Positions 38,520 to 49,935 of a DNA stretch of 64,000 nt are shown here, piece by piece (the stretch's first letter is position 1; each line of letters starts with the position of its first letter). The DNA comes from Ranitomeya imitator (taxonomy: Eukaryota). The position numbers and the translations under genes are program-made. Location of the stretch: assembly GCF_032444005.1 (NCBI RefSeq), contig NC_091290.1, positions 2,356,001 through 2,420,000 on the forward strand, written 5' to 3'. The notes beneath the pieces are model-generated. The model was not told the origin of the DNA and searched no databases. It saw only the letters and a program-made list of their open reading frames with translations.

Positions 38520-41238
38520 CGCCAGGACACGACAGCCGCTCCACAGTGTCCGGATCCTGCTCATTGTAGAGGACGGTGACACCAGGACACCCGGGACACG
38601 ACAGCCGCTCCACAGTGTCCGCTTCCTGCTCATTGTAGAGGACGGTGACACCAGGACACGACAGCCGCTCCACAGGGTCCGGATCCTGCTCATTGTAGAG
38701 GACGGTGACACCAGGACACCCGGGACACGACAGCCGCTCCACAGGGTCCGGATCCTGCTCATTGTAGAGGACTGTGACACCATGACACCCGGGACACGAC
38801 AGCCGCTCCACAGGGTCCGGATCCTGCTCATTGTAGAGGACTGTGACACCAGGACACCCGGGACACGACAGCCGCTCCACAGGGTCCGGATCCTGCTCAT
38901 TGTAGAGGATAGTGACACCAGGACACCCGGGACACGACAGCCGCTCCACAGGGTCCGGATCCTGCTCATTGTAGAGGACGGTGACACCAGGACACCCGGG
39001 ACACGACAGCCGCTCCACAGGGTCCGGATCCTGCTCATTGTAGAGGACGGTGACACCAGGACACCCGGGACACGACAGCCGCTCCACAGGGTCCGGATCC
39101 TGCTCATTGTAGAGGACTGTGACACCAGGACACCCAGGACACGACAGCCGCTCCACAGGGTCCGGATCCTGCTCATTGTAGAGGACGGTGACACCAGGCT
39201 ACCCGGGACACGACAGCCGCCCCACAGTGTCCGGATCCTGCTCATTGTAGAGGACGGTGACACCCGGGACACGACAGTCGCTCCACAGTGTCCGGATCCT
39301 GCTCATTGTAGAGGACGGTGACACCAGGACACCCGGGACATGACAGCTGCTCCATAGTGTCCGGATCCTGCTCATTGTAGAGGACGGTGACACCAGGACA
39401 CCCGGGACACGACAGCCGCTCCACAGGGTCCGGATCCTGCTCATTGTAGAGGACGGTGACACCAGGACACCCGGGACACGGCAGCCGCTCCACAGTGTCC
39501 GCATCCTGCTCATTGTAGAGGACGGTGACACCCGGGACACGACAGCCGCTCCACAGTGTCCGGATCCTGCTCATTGTAGAGGACGGTGACACCAGGACAC
39601 CCGGGACACGGCAGCCGCTCCACAGTGTCCGCATCCTGCTCATTGTAGAGGATGGTGACACCAGGACACCCGGGACACGACAGCCGCTCCACAGTGTCCG
39701 CATCCTGCTCATTGTAGAGGACGGTGACACCAGGACACCCGGGACACGACAGCCGCTCCACAGTGTCCGGATCCTGCTCATTGTAGAGGACTGTGACACC
39801 AGGACACCCGGGACACGACAGCCGCTCCACAGGGTCCGTATCCTGCTCATTGTAGAGGATAGTGACACCAGGACACCCGGGACACGACAGCCGCTCCACA
39901 GGGTCCGGATCCTGCTCATTGTAGAGGACGGTGACACCAGGACACCCGGGACACGACAGCCGCTCCACAGGGTCCGGATCCTGCTCATTGTAGAGGACTG
40001 TGATACCAGGACACCCAGGACACGACAGCTGCTCCACAGGGTCCGTATCCTGCTCATTGTAGAGGACGGTGACACCAGGACACCCGGGACACGACAGCCG
40101 CCCCACAGTGTCCGGATCCTGCTCATTGTAGAGGACGGTGACACCCGGGACACGACAGTCGCTCCACTGTGTCCGGATCCTGCTCATTGTAGAGGACGGT
40201 GACACCAGGACACCCGGGACACGACAGCCGCTCCACAGAGTCCGGATCCTGCTCATTGTAGAGGATGGTGACACCAGGGCACCCGGGACACGACAGCCGC
40301 TCCAGTGTCCGGATCCTGCTCATTGTAGAGGACGGTGACACCAGGACACCCGGGACACGACAGTCGCTCCACAGTGTCCGGATCCTGCTCATTGTAGAGG
40401 ACGGTGACACCAGGACACCCGGGACACGACAGCCGCTCCATAGTGTCCGGATCCTGCTCATTGTAGAGGACGGTGACACCAGGACACCCGGGACACGACA
40501 GCCGCTCCACAGTGTCCGGATCCTGCTCATTGTAGAGGACGGTGACACCAGGACACCCGGGACACGACAGCCGCTCCACAGTGTCCGGATCCTGATCATT
40601 GTAGAGGACGGTGACACCAGGACACCCGGGACACGGCAGCCGCTCCACAGTGTCCGCATCCTGCTCATTGTAGAGGACGGTGACACCAGGACACCCGGGA
40701 CACGGCAGCCGCTCCACAGTGTCCGCATCCTGCTCATTGTAGAGGACGGTGACACCAGGACACCCAGGACACGACAGCCGCTCCACAGTGTCCGGATCCT
40801 GCTCATTGTAGAGGACGGTGACACCAGGACACCCGGGACATGACAGCTGCTCCATAGTGTCCGGATCCTGCTCATTGTAGAGGACGGTGACACCAGGACA
40901 CCCGGGACACGGCAGCCGCTCCACAGTGTCCACATCCTGCTCATTGTAGAGGACGGTGACACCAGGACACCCGGGACACGGCAGCCGCTCCACAGTGTCC
41001 GCATCCTGCTCATTGTAGAGGACGGTGACACCAGGACACCCAGGACACGACAGCCGCTCCACAGTGTCCGCATCCTGCTCATTGTAGAGGACGGTGACAC
41101 CAGGACACCCAGGACACGACAGCCGCTCCACAGTGTCCGCATCCTGCTCATTGTAGAGGACGGTGACACAAGGACACCCGGGACACGACAGCCGCTCCAC
41201 AGTGTCCGGATCCTGCTCATTGTAGAGGACTGTGACCC
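38520..41238. repeat. 69-bp minisatellite (~40 units; 60-bp variants)
   Basis: Unit GACACGACAGCCGCTCCACAGTGTCCGGATCCTGCTCATTGTAGAGGACGGTGACACCAGGACACCCGG; variants lack 9 bp. Confidence 0.97.
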
Positions 41239-42104
41239 CGCAGAGATCTGTCTGTACACGGTCCGCAGATCACCGCTCTGGACATAGCGCTACAGTGTCG
41301 CAGTTACAATGATACAAGGCATCTCTCCACTGTGATAATGTTTATTTCCTGAGCTTTATTCTCTACATTATTGTTACTTTAGGAGCTGTTGCTCCATAAA
41401 TCCTATTATATCTACTACATATATCTGCTACATATCATATGTCCTATTATATCTTATACTAGCTGAAGAGCCCGGCGTTGCCTGGGCATAGTAAATATCT
41501 GTGGTTAGTTATAGCACCTCACTTCTCTCATTTTCCCATCACGCCTCTCATTTTCCCAATCACATCTTTCATTTTCCCCCTCACATCTCTCATTTTCTCC
41601 CTCGCACCTCTCATTTTCTCCCTCACTCCTCTCATTCCCCCCTAACACTTGTCATTTCAACCTCACATCTGTCATTTTCTGATCACTCCACTATTTTTCC
41701 TCACTCCTCTCATTTTGCACTCACACCTTTTCATTTTCACCTCACACCTCTCATTTTCACCTCAGTATATACTTGTTTGTCATCTCCCTTATATATAGTA
41801 TACATCTGTATGTCATCTCCTGTATATAGTATATACCTGTATGTCATCTCCCCTGTATATAGTATATACCTGCTGTGTCATCTCCCCTGTATATAGTATA
41901 TACCTGCTGTGTCATCTCCCCTATATATAGTGTATATACCTGAATGTCATCTCCTTCTATATATAGTATATACCTGTATGTCATCTCCTCCTGTATATAG
42001 TATATACCTGTGTGTCATCTCCCCTGTATATAGTATATATCTGTGTGTCATCTCCTCCTGTATATAGTATATACCTGCATGTCATCTTCTATATATAGCA
42101 TATA

Positions 42105-43705
42105 CAGTGGGGCAAAAAAGTATTTAGTCAGTCAGCAATAGTGCAAGTTCCACCACTTAAAAAGATGAGAGGCGTCTGTAATTTACATCATAGGTAGACC
42201 TCAACTATGGGAGACAAACTGAGAAAAAAAAATCCAGAAAATCACATTGTCTGTTTTTTTAACATTTTATTTGCATATTATGATGGAAAATAAGTATTTG
42301 GTCAGAAACAAACAATCAAGATTTCTGGCTCTCACAGACCTGTAACTTCTTCTTTAAGAGTCTCCTCTTTCCTCCACTCATTACCTGTAGTAATGGCACC
42401 TGTTTAAACTTATCAGTATAAAAAGACACCTGTGCACACCCTCAAACAGTCTGACTCCAAACTCCACTATGGTGAAGACCAAAGAGGTGTCAATGGACAC
42501 CAGAAACAAAATTGTAGCCCTGCACCAGGCTGGGAAGACTGAATCTGCAATAGCCAACCAGCTTGGAGTGAAGAAATCAACAGTGGGAGCAATAATTAGA
42601 AAATGGAAGACATACAAGACCACTGATAATCTCCCTCGATCTGGGGCTCCACGCAAAATCCCACCCCGTGGGGTCAGAATGATCACAAGAACGGTGAGCA
42701 AAAATCCCAGAACCACGCGGGGACCTAGTGAATGAACTGCAGAGAGCTGGGACCAATGTAACAAGGCCTACCATAAGTAACACACTACGCCACCATGGAC
42801 TCAGATCCTGCAGTGCCAGACGTGTCCCACTGCTTAAGCCAGTACATGTCTGGGCCCGTCTGAAGTTTTCTAGAGAGCATTTGGATGATCCAGAGGAGTT
42901 TTGGGAGAATGTCCTATGGTCTGATGAAACCAAACTGGAACTGTTTGGTAGAAACACAACTTGTCGTGTTTGGAGGAAAAAGAATACTGAGCTGCATCCA
43001 TCAAACACCATACCTACTGTAAAGCATGGTGGTGGAAACATCATGCTTTGGGGCTCTTTCTCTGCAAAGGGGCCAGGACGACTGATCCGGGTACATGAAA
43101 GAATGAATGGGGCCATGTATCGTGAGATTTTGAGTGCAAACCTCCTTCCATCAGCAAGGGCATTGAAGATGAAACGTGGCTGGGTCTTTCAACATGACAA
43201 TTATCCAAAGCACACCGCCAGGGCAACGAAGGAGTGGCTTCGTAAGAAGCATTTCAAGGTCCTGGAGTGGCCTAGCCAGTCTCCAGATCTCAACCCTATA
43301 GAAAACCTTTGGAGGGAGTTGAAAGTCCGTGTTGCCAAGCGAAAAGCCAAAAACATCACTGCTCTAGAGGAGATCTGCATGGAGGAATGGGCCAACATAC
43401 CAACAACAGTGTGTGGCAACCTTGTGAAGACTTACAGAAAACGTTTGACCTCTGTCATTGCCAACAAAGGATATATTCCAAAGTATTGAGATTAAATTTT
43501 GTTTCTGACCAAATACTTATTTTCCACCATAATATGCAAAAAAAATGATAAAAAAACAGACAATGTGATTTTCTGGATTTTTTTTTCTCAGTTTGTCTCC
43601 CATAGTTGAGGTCTACCTATGATGTAAATTACAGACGCCTCTCATCTTTTTAAGTGGTGGAACTTGCACTATTGCTGACTGACTAAATACTTTTTTGCCC
43701 CACTG
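42105..43705 (+). mobile_element. Full-length Tc1 copy 3 (1601 bp)
   Basis: ~200-bp TIRs with outer (42114-42131) and inner (42288-42305) direct repeats; TA TSD at 42103-42104 and 43706-43707. Confidence 0.97.
42469..43489 (+). pseudogene. Tc1 DD34E transposase with one frameshift in a G homopolymer (possibly intact)
   Basis: ORFs 42469-42735 and 42728-43489 have no internal stops. G4 at 42719-42722 where copy 2 has the in-frame G6 (T-R-G-D-L). Confidence 0.9.
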
Positions 43706-45255
43706 TACCTGTATGTCATCTCCTCCTGTATATAGTATATACCTGTAGGTCATCTGCTCCTGTATATAGTATATACCTGTATGTCATCTCCTCCTGTATA
43801 TAAATGTACCTGTATGTCATCTCCTCCTCTATATAGTATATACCGGTGTGTCATCTCTCCTGTATATAGTATATACCTGTGTGTCATCTCCCCTGTATAT
43901 AGTATATATCTGTGTGTCATCTCCTCCTGTATATAGTATATACCTGCATGTCATCTTCTATATATAGCATATACCTGTATGTCATCTCCTGTATATAGTA
44001 TATACCTGTAGGTCATCTGCTCCTGTATATAGTATATACCTGTGTGTCATCTCCTCCTGTATATATATGTACCTGTATGTCATCTCCTCTATATAGTATA
44101 TACCTGGGTGTCATCTCCTCCTGTATTAGACCTCATTCACACGTTATTTGCTCAGTATTTTTACCTCAGTATTTGTAAGATAAATTGGCAGCCTGATAAA
44201 TCCCCAGCCAACAGGAAGCCCTCCCCCCTGGCAGTATATATTAGCTCACACATACACATGATAGACAGGTCATGTGACTGACAGCTGCCGTATTTCCTAT
44301 ATGGTACATTTGTTGTAGTTTGTCTGCTTATTAATCAGATTTTTATTTTTGAAGGATAATACCAGATTTGTGTGTGTTTTAGGGCGAGTTTCGTTTGTCA
44401 AGTTGTGTGTGTTGAGTTGCGTGTGGCGACATGCATGTAGCGACTTTTGTGAGATGAGTTTTGTGTGGCAACATGCGTGTAGAAACTTTGTGTGTCGAGT
44501 TGCATGTGACAGGTTAGTGTAGCAAGTTGTGTGCAGCAAGTTTTGCGCATGGCGAGTTTTGCGCGTGGTGAGTTTTGTGTGGTGCCTTTTGAGTATGTGC
44601 AAGTTTTGTGTGAGGCAACTTTTCCATGTGTTGCAACTTTTGTGCATGTGGCAATTTTTCCGCGTGTGCAAGTTTTGCGTGTGGCGAGTTTTCCATGAGG
44701 TGAGTTTTGCACTTGTGGCGAGTTTTGCGTGAGCCTAGTTTTTGCATGTGGCGAGTTCTGCGCATGGCGAGTTTTGAGCGGCAACTTTTGTGTTTCGACT
44801 TTTATGTGGCGAGGTTGGTGTATGTGTGGTGAAATGTGTGCTGAGGGTGGTATATGTGTTCAAGCACGTGGTAGTGTGTGGCGCATTTTGTGTGTCTGTT
44901 CATACCCCCGTGTGTGGTGAGTATCCCATGTCGGGGCCCCACCTTAGCAACTGTACGGTATATACTCTTTGGCGCCATCGCTCTCATTCTTTAAGTCCCC
45001 CTTGTTCACATCTGGCAGCTGTCAATTTGCCTCCAACACTTTTCCTTTCACTTTTCCCCATTATGTAGATAGGGGAAAAATTGTTTGGTGAATTGGAACG
45101 CGCGGGGTTAAAATTTCACCTCACAACATAGCCTATGACGCTCTCGGGGTCCCGATGTGTGACTGTGCAAAATTTTGTGGCTGCAGCTGCGACGGTGCAG
45201 ATGCCAATCCCGGACATACACACACACATACACACATTCAGCTTTATATAGTAGA

Positions 45256-45604
45256 CTAGCTGAAGAGCCCGGCGTTGCCTGGGAATAGTAAATATCTGTG
45301 GTTAGTTATAGCACCTCACTTCTCTTATTTTCCCATCACGCCTCTCATTTTCCCAATCACATCTTTCATTTTCCCCCTCACATCTCTCATTTTCTCCCTC
45401 ACACCTCTCATTTTCTCCCTCACTCCTCTCATTCCCGCCTAACACTTGTCATTTCGACCTCACATCTGTCATTTTCCGATCACTACACTATTTTCCCTCA
45501 CTCCTCTCATTTTGCACTCACACCTTTTCATTTTCACCTCAGTATATACATGTTTGTCATCTCCCTTATATATAGTATACACCTGTATGTCATCTCCTGT
45601 ATAT
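45256..45604 (-). mobile_element. Partial second copy of Helitron B (3' ~350 bp) abutting the first
   Basis: Repeats 41459-~41828 with roughly a dozen substitutions and one ~19-bp indel; begins CTAG immediately after ...GTAGA. Confidence 0.85.
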
Positions 45605-45821
45605 ATGTCTTATTATATATATCTGTTACATATCATATGTCCTATTATATATATGTGCTATATATCATATGTCCTATTATATATTATATATATCTGCTAC
45701 ATATCATATGTCCTATTATATATATCTGCTACATATCATGTGTCCTATTATATATATCTGCTTCATATTGTATGTCCTATTATATCTGCTACATATCATG
45801 TGTACTATTATATCTACATAT

Positions 45822-45998
45822 GGCCGGGATCAAACATAAGTGATATACGGCCGAGTCTCGCAGATGAAAACCCAGCTCTGGAGTGGAGCGTGCGGCGCCA
45901 TGTATTGCTGTGCAGCTGCACGCTCCGCAGTGCCGGCGCCAGAGGAGGGTTTTCACCTGCGAGACTCGGCCGTATCTCGCGTATGTGTGATCCCGGCC
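45822..45998. mobile_element. Short PIF/Harbinger-type MITE (177 bp)
   Basis: ~52-bp imperfect TIRs GGCCGGGATCA(A/C)ACATA...GAAAACCC; 3-bp duplication TAT at 45819-45821 and 45999-46001. Confidence 0.8.
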
Positions 45999-46037
45999 TA
46001 TATCTGCTACATATCATGTGTCCTATTATATATTATA

Positions 46038-47247
46038 CTAGCTATTGAACCCGTTCTACGCCCGGGTGGCGAGCATGTATATTGGTATATGGTCTCCATC
46101 CTGGTATGTGCTGCTTCATCCTGCGTCCCCATTCTGTCATGTGCTGCTCCCATCCTGCGTCCCCATTCTGTCATGTGCTGCTCCATCCTGCGTCCCCATC
46201 CTGTCATGTGCTGCTCCATCCTGCGTCCCCATCCTGTCATGTGCTGCTCCCATCCTGCACACCCATCCTGTCATGTGCTGCTCCATCCTGCACCCCCATC
46301 CTGTCATGTGCTGCTCCATCCTGCGTCCCCATTCTGTCATGTGCTGCTCCCATCCTGCGTCCCCATCCTGTCATGTGCTGCTCCATCCTGCGTCCCCATC
46401 CTGTCATGTGCTGCTCCATCCTGCGTCCCCATCCTGTCATGTGCTGCTGCCATCCTGCGCCCCCATTCTGTCATGTGCTGCTCCATCCTGCGTCCCCATC
46501 CTGTCATGTGCTGCTCCCATCCTGCGTCCCCATCCTGTCATGTGCTGCTCCATCCTGCGTCTCCATCCTGTCATGAGCTGCTCCCATCCTGCGCCCCCAT
46601 CCTGTCATGTGCTGCTCCCATCCTGCGCCCCCATTCTGTCATGTGCTGCTTCCATCCTGCACCCCCATCCTGTCATGAGCTGCTGCCATCCTGCGCCCCC
46701 ATTCTGTCATGTGCTTCTTCCATCCTGCACCCCCATCCTGTCATGAGCTGCTGCCATCCTGCACCCCCATCCTGTCATGTGCTGCTCCATCCTGCGTCCC
46801 CATCCTGTCATGAGCTGCTCCCATCCTGCGTCCCCATCCTGTCATGAGCTGCTCCCATCCTGCGCCCCCATCCTGTCATGTGCTGCTCCCATCCTGCGCC
46901 TCCATTCTGTCATGTGCTGCTCCATCCTGCGTTCGCTTCCAACAAAATGGCGCCGGAAAGCGCGGACTGCGCAGGCGCCGATTCTGGCAGCAGGAGGACA
47001 AAGAAAATGGCGGCGGAAAGGAATGGCGTAAGTAACAAATTGCTGTGGCATGAAGTGCCACAGCATAATCAGGGTGCAAATATGTGCACGGTGTCCCCCT
47101 GCCCCCGACCCCCTGCTCCCGGCAGTCCGCTCCTTCCGGTGACATTTTTTTTTTCCTGACACTCTATAATGTAACGCTAGGAGCGTCGCGCCTGCGCAGT
47201 CTATAAAGGCTTCGGACAGAGTGACGCTCACAGCGTTATATTATAGA
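46038..47247 (-). mobile_element. Full-length non-autonomous Helitron C (1210 bp)
   Basis: A|CTAG at 46037-46041 and GA|T at 47246-47248, i.e. A|TC...CTAG|T on minus; hairpin ACCCG-9nt-CGGGT at 46049-46067. No TSD; the flanks rejoin the host AT-rich repeat. Confidence 0.85.
46095..46930. repeat. 33/34-bp minisatellite inside Helitron C
   Basis: Unit CCATCCTGCGTCCCCATCCTGTCATGTGCTGCT(C). Confidence 0.95.
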
Positions 47248-47941
47248 TCTCTGCTACATATTATATGTCCTATTATATATTTCTGCTATATATCATGAGT
47301 CCTATTATATCTATATGTATCTGCAATTATATATTATATATATCTGCTACATATTATGTCCTATTGTTCTAATTCATATGATGTATAATTATGATGTTAT
47401 TTTTTGTATCTTATTCTGTATTCTTATGATTTGTCACCCTGTGGTAGTTGTGATTTTATGACATCCTTTTTTGGTTATCTTGGTATATGCGGTTCCATTG
47501 GTAAAATCCGCTGGGTCCTGTTGTTATATTGTTTGCAGCTTTTTTATCATGATATATTATCAATCATTACACTGTAACAGTCTGTGTAATTGTTCGGCCT
47601 CATTCAGACATCTGTGTGTTTCTTTTGTGCTGTCATCCGTGTTTGGGTGATGTCACTTTTTACCATCAGTGATTTTCTCGTGTGGATTTTACACCGTACC
47701 ATGCGGGTGTCTGTAATTTCCATAGACCCATGGTGATTTTGATCCATGACCTGAATAAACAATGGGCAGGTCTCTGATTTATTTACTGACACACAGCTGG
47801 CAAAGGACCACCGCCATGTGAACAGCGCTGTAGACTGATGGGTTCTACTTGTGATACACAGACTTCAGCATGAGGCCGAATATCTGCAGCAGCAAAGTCA
47901 CCGACACATTGTGCTGCAAACTCAGAGGCCGAGACCCCCGG

Positions 47942-48263
47942 CGAAGATGTGCAGGACCACTTTCCCGGTGCAGATGTGCAGGACCACTTTCTCGGAGAAG
48001 ATGTGCAGGACCACTTTCCCGGAGAAGATGTGCAGGACCACTTTCCCGGAGAAGATGTGCAGGACCACTTTCCCGATGCAGATGTGCAGGACCACTTTCC
48101 CGGTGAAGATGTGCAGGACCACTTTCCCGGTGAAGATGTGCAGGACCACTTTCCCGGTGCAGATGTGCAGGACCACTTTCCCGATGCATATGTGCAGGAC
48201 CACTTTCCCGGTGAAGATGTGCAGTACCACTTTCCCGGTGAAGATGTGCAGGACCACTTTCCC
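47942..48263. repeat. 27-bp minisatellite (~12 units)
   Basis: Unit GAAGATGTGCAGGACCACTTTCCCGGT. Confidence 0.95.
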
Positions 48264-49008
48264 AGCTGCGGAAGGCATGTCATGCATCATCACCCACAAT
48301 GCTGTGGTATACGGTAACGCACAGTGGATTTTCACGCTCAGTATCCGACTCTTGCGAATGTTTTTATTGTTACAATGTATAGGTGATTTTGTTATTGATT
48401 TATCATCTTTTTATTGTTGGGTTTTGCATGTTGTATTACTTACTTAACTGTTCTGGTTTCCATTGTTTATTAATATGGAATATGTCTTGTATCTGCTCAG
48501 CTGCTTTATTGTCTGTTTGTTGTCTGATATTGTGATTCTGTGCTTACTCATATGTGTCTTTGTTGCATTGTTACGTTATCATCTGATCTAATGTAATTTA
48601 TTTTCTCTGGTATTGTATCCTTCTAACCAAGGGCCCCTTTCACCTTCACCTCGGCCAGCAGGTCCTGCCCGACAGAAGAGGGGCGCAGACATTGTTGTTG
48701 GACAGGGGCCTCTTCCGTCTGTGCCCGCCATAACCATAGGACAGACTGGCACAAATGTGGATGGGCATTCGCGGAAAAACTTAGCCTGAGAGTCGTTCTC
48801 GACACTTGTAATTTGTTAATTCGTCGTAAAGTTATCTCGACGGGCTAAATCTTCTGGGAATGAGATGTGCGTTTTTTCCAAGTGTCGGTTATCGTTTGCT
48901 TTCCACCTAAAAAGAGAAGAAGAATACATTTATTCTGAGGCTAGGTGATTTATGATGCAACAACGCTCCCGTGGGCCTGTAGTAGCAGAGGTTTGGGGTC
49001 AGACACAA

Positions 49009-49559
49009 GGGACCTGCAGACAGGTCCACCCCCAGGGACCTGCAGACAGGTCCACCCCCAGGGACCTGCAGACAGGTCCACCCCCAGGGACCTGCAGACA
49101 GGTCCACCCCCAGGGACCTGCAGACAGGTCCACCCCCAGGGACCTGCAGACAGGTCCACCCCCAGGGACCTGCAGACAGGTCCACCCCCAGGGACCTGCA
49201 GACAGGTCCACCCCCAGGGACCTGCAGACAGGTCCACCCCCAGGGACCTGCAGACAGGTCCACCCCCAGGGACCTGCAGACAGGTCCACCCCCAGGGACC
49301 TGCAGACAGGTCCACCCCCAGGGACCTGCAGACAGGTCCACCCCCAGGGACCTGCAGACAGGTCCACCCCCAGGGACCTGCAGACAGGTCCACCCCCAGG
49401 GACCTGCAGACAGGTCCACCCCCAGGGACCTGCAGACAGGTCCACCCCCAGGGACCTGCAGACAGGTCCACCCCCAGGGACCTGCAGACAGGTCCACCCC
49501 CAGGGACCTGCAGACAGGTCCACCCCCAGGGACCTGCAGACAGGTCCACCCCCAGGGAC
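49009..49559. repeat. 26-bp minisatellite, 21 apparently identical units
   Basis: Unit GGGACCTGCAGACAGGTCCACCCCCA; 49009-49554 = 546 bp = 21 x 26. Confidence 0.97.
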
Positions 49560-49935
49560 GGCGCCAGCCCAGAAGCAGCTGTCAGGATAATCGGGCACCA
49601 GCCCCTGAGGAATTCATGTACAGACTCCAGCACGAGTTTATGGAGCAGGAAGAAAGCGCGGCCATGCCTTACACCACGAAGCGCCATCACATCGGCCAAG
49701 GAATCGTCTCCCAGAGCTTCTCCTCATTCTTCATATGGCCCTGCTGGAATCTTACAGCCAGGTTTATGAGGATTGCATTATTGTACAGTCATCTGATTTA
49801 TTGCACATTTTCTATGGTATCAGTATTGCTGTTGTGTGATACTTTGTATACTTCTTGCATGTTGTAATTGTCAGTCTTGTGGTTACTCTTACTTGATTAG
49901 TAGGCAGCAATCAAGCAATCAAGCAGGCTCCTTGC

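Larger units (their letters stand above)
41459..45255 (-). mobile_element. Non-autonomous Helitron B (contains Tc1 copy 3)
   Basis: A|CTAG at 41458-41462, hairpin GCCCGG-CGTTG-CCTGGGC at 41470-41487, terminal ...TATATAGTAGA at 45255 (5' TC on minus). Internal TATATAGTATATACCTGTATGTCATCTCC repeats. Confidence 0.8.

Noticed and set aside
34064-41259. Trp/Tyr-rich and Cys-Pro-Gly repeat ORFs up to 475 aa
   Set aside because: Products of the 20-bp and 69-bp arrays; both strands are open and there are no gene features.
47850-49760. Similar peptides HRLQHEA (47860) and YRLQHEF (49620) beside two arrays
   Set aside because: The similarity is limited to ~18 nt and does not extend; probably chance.
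45840-49769. Cys/His-rich and Pro-rich ORFs (metallothionein- or keratin-associated-like appearance)
   Set aside because: They derive from 33/34-, 27- and 26-bp arrays, one of them inside a Helitron.
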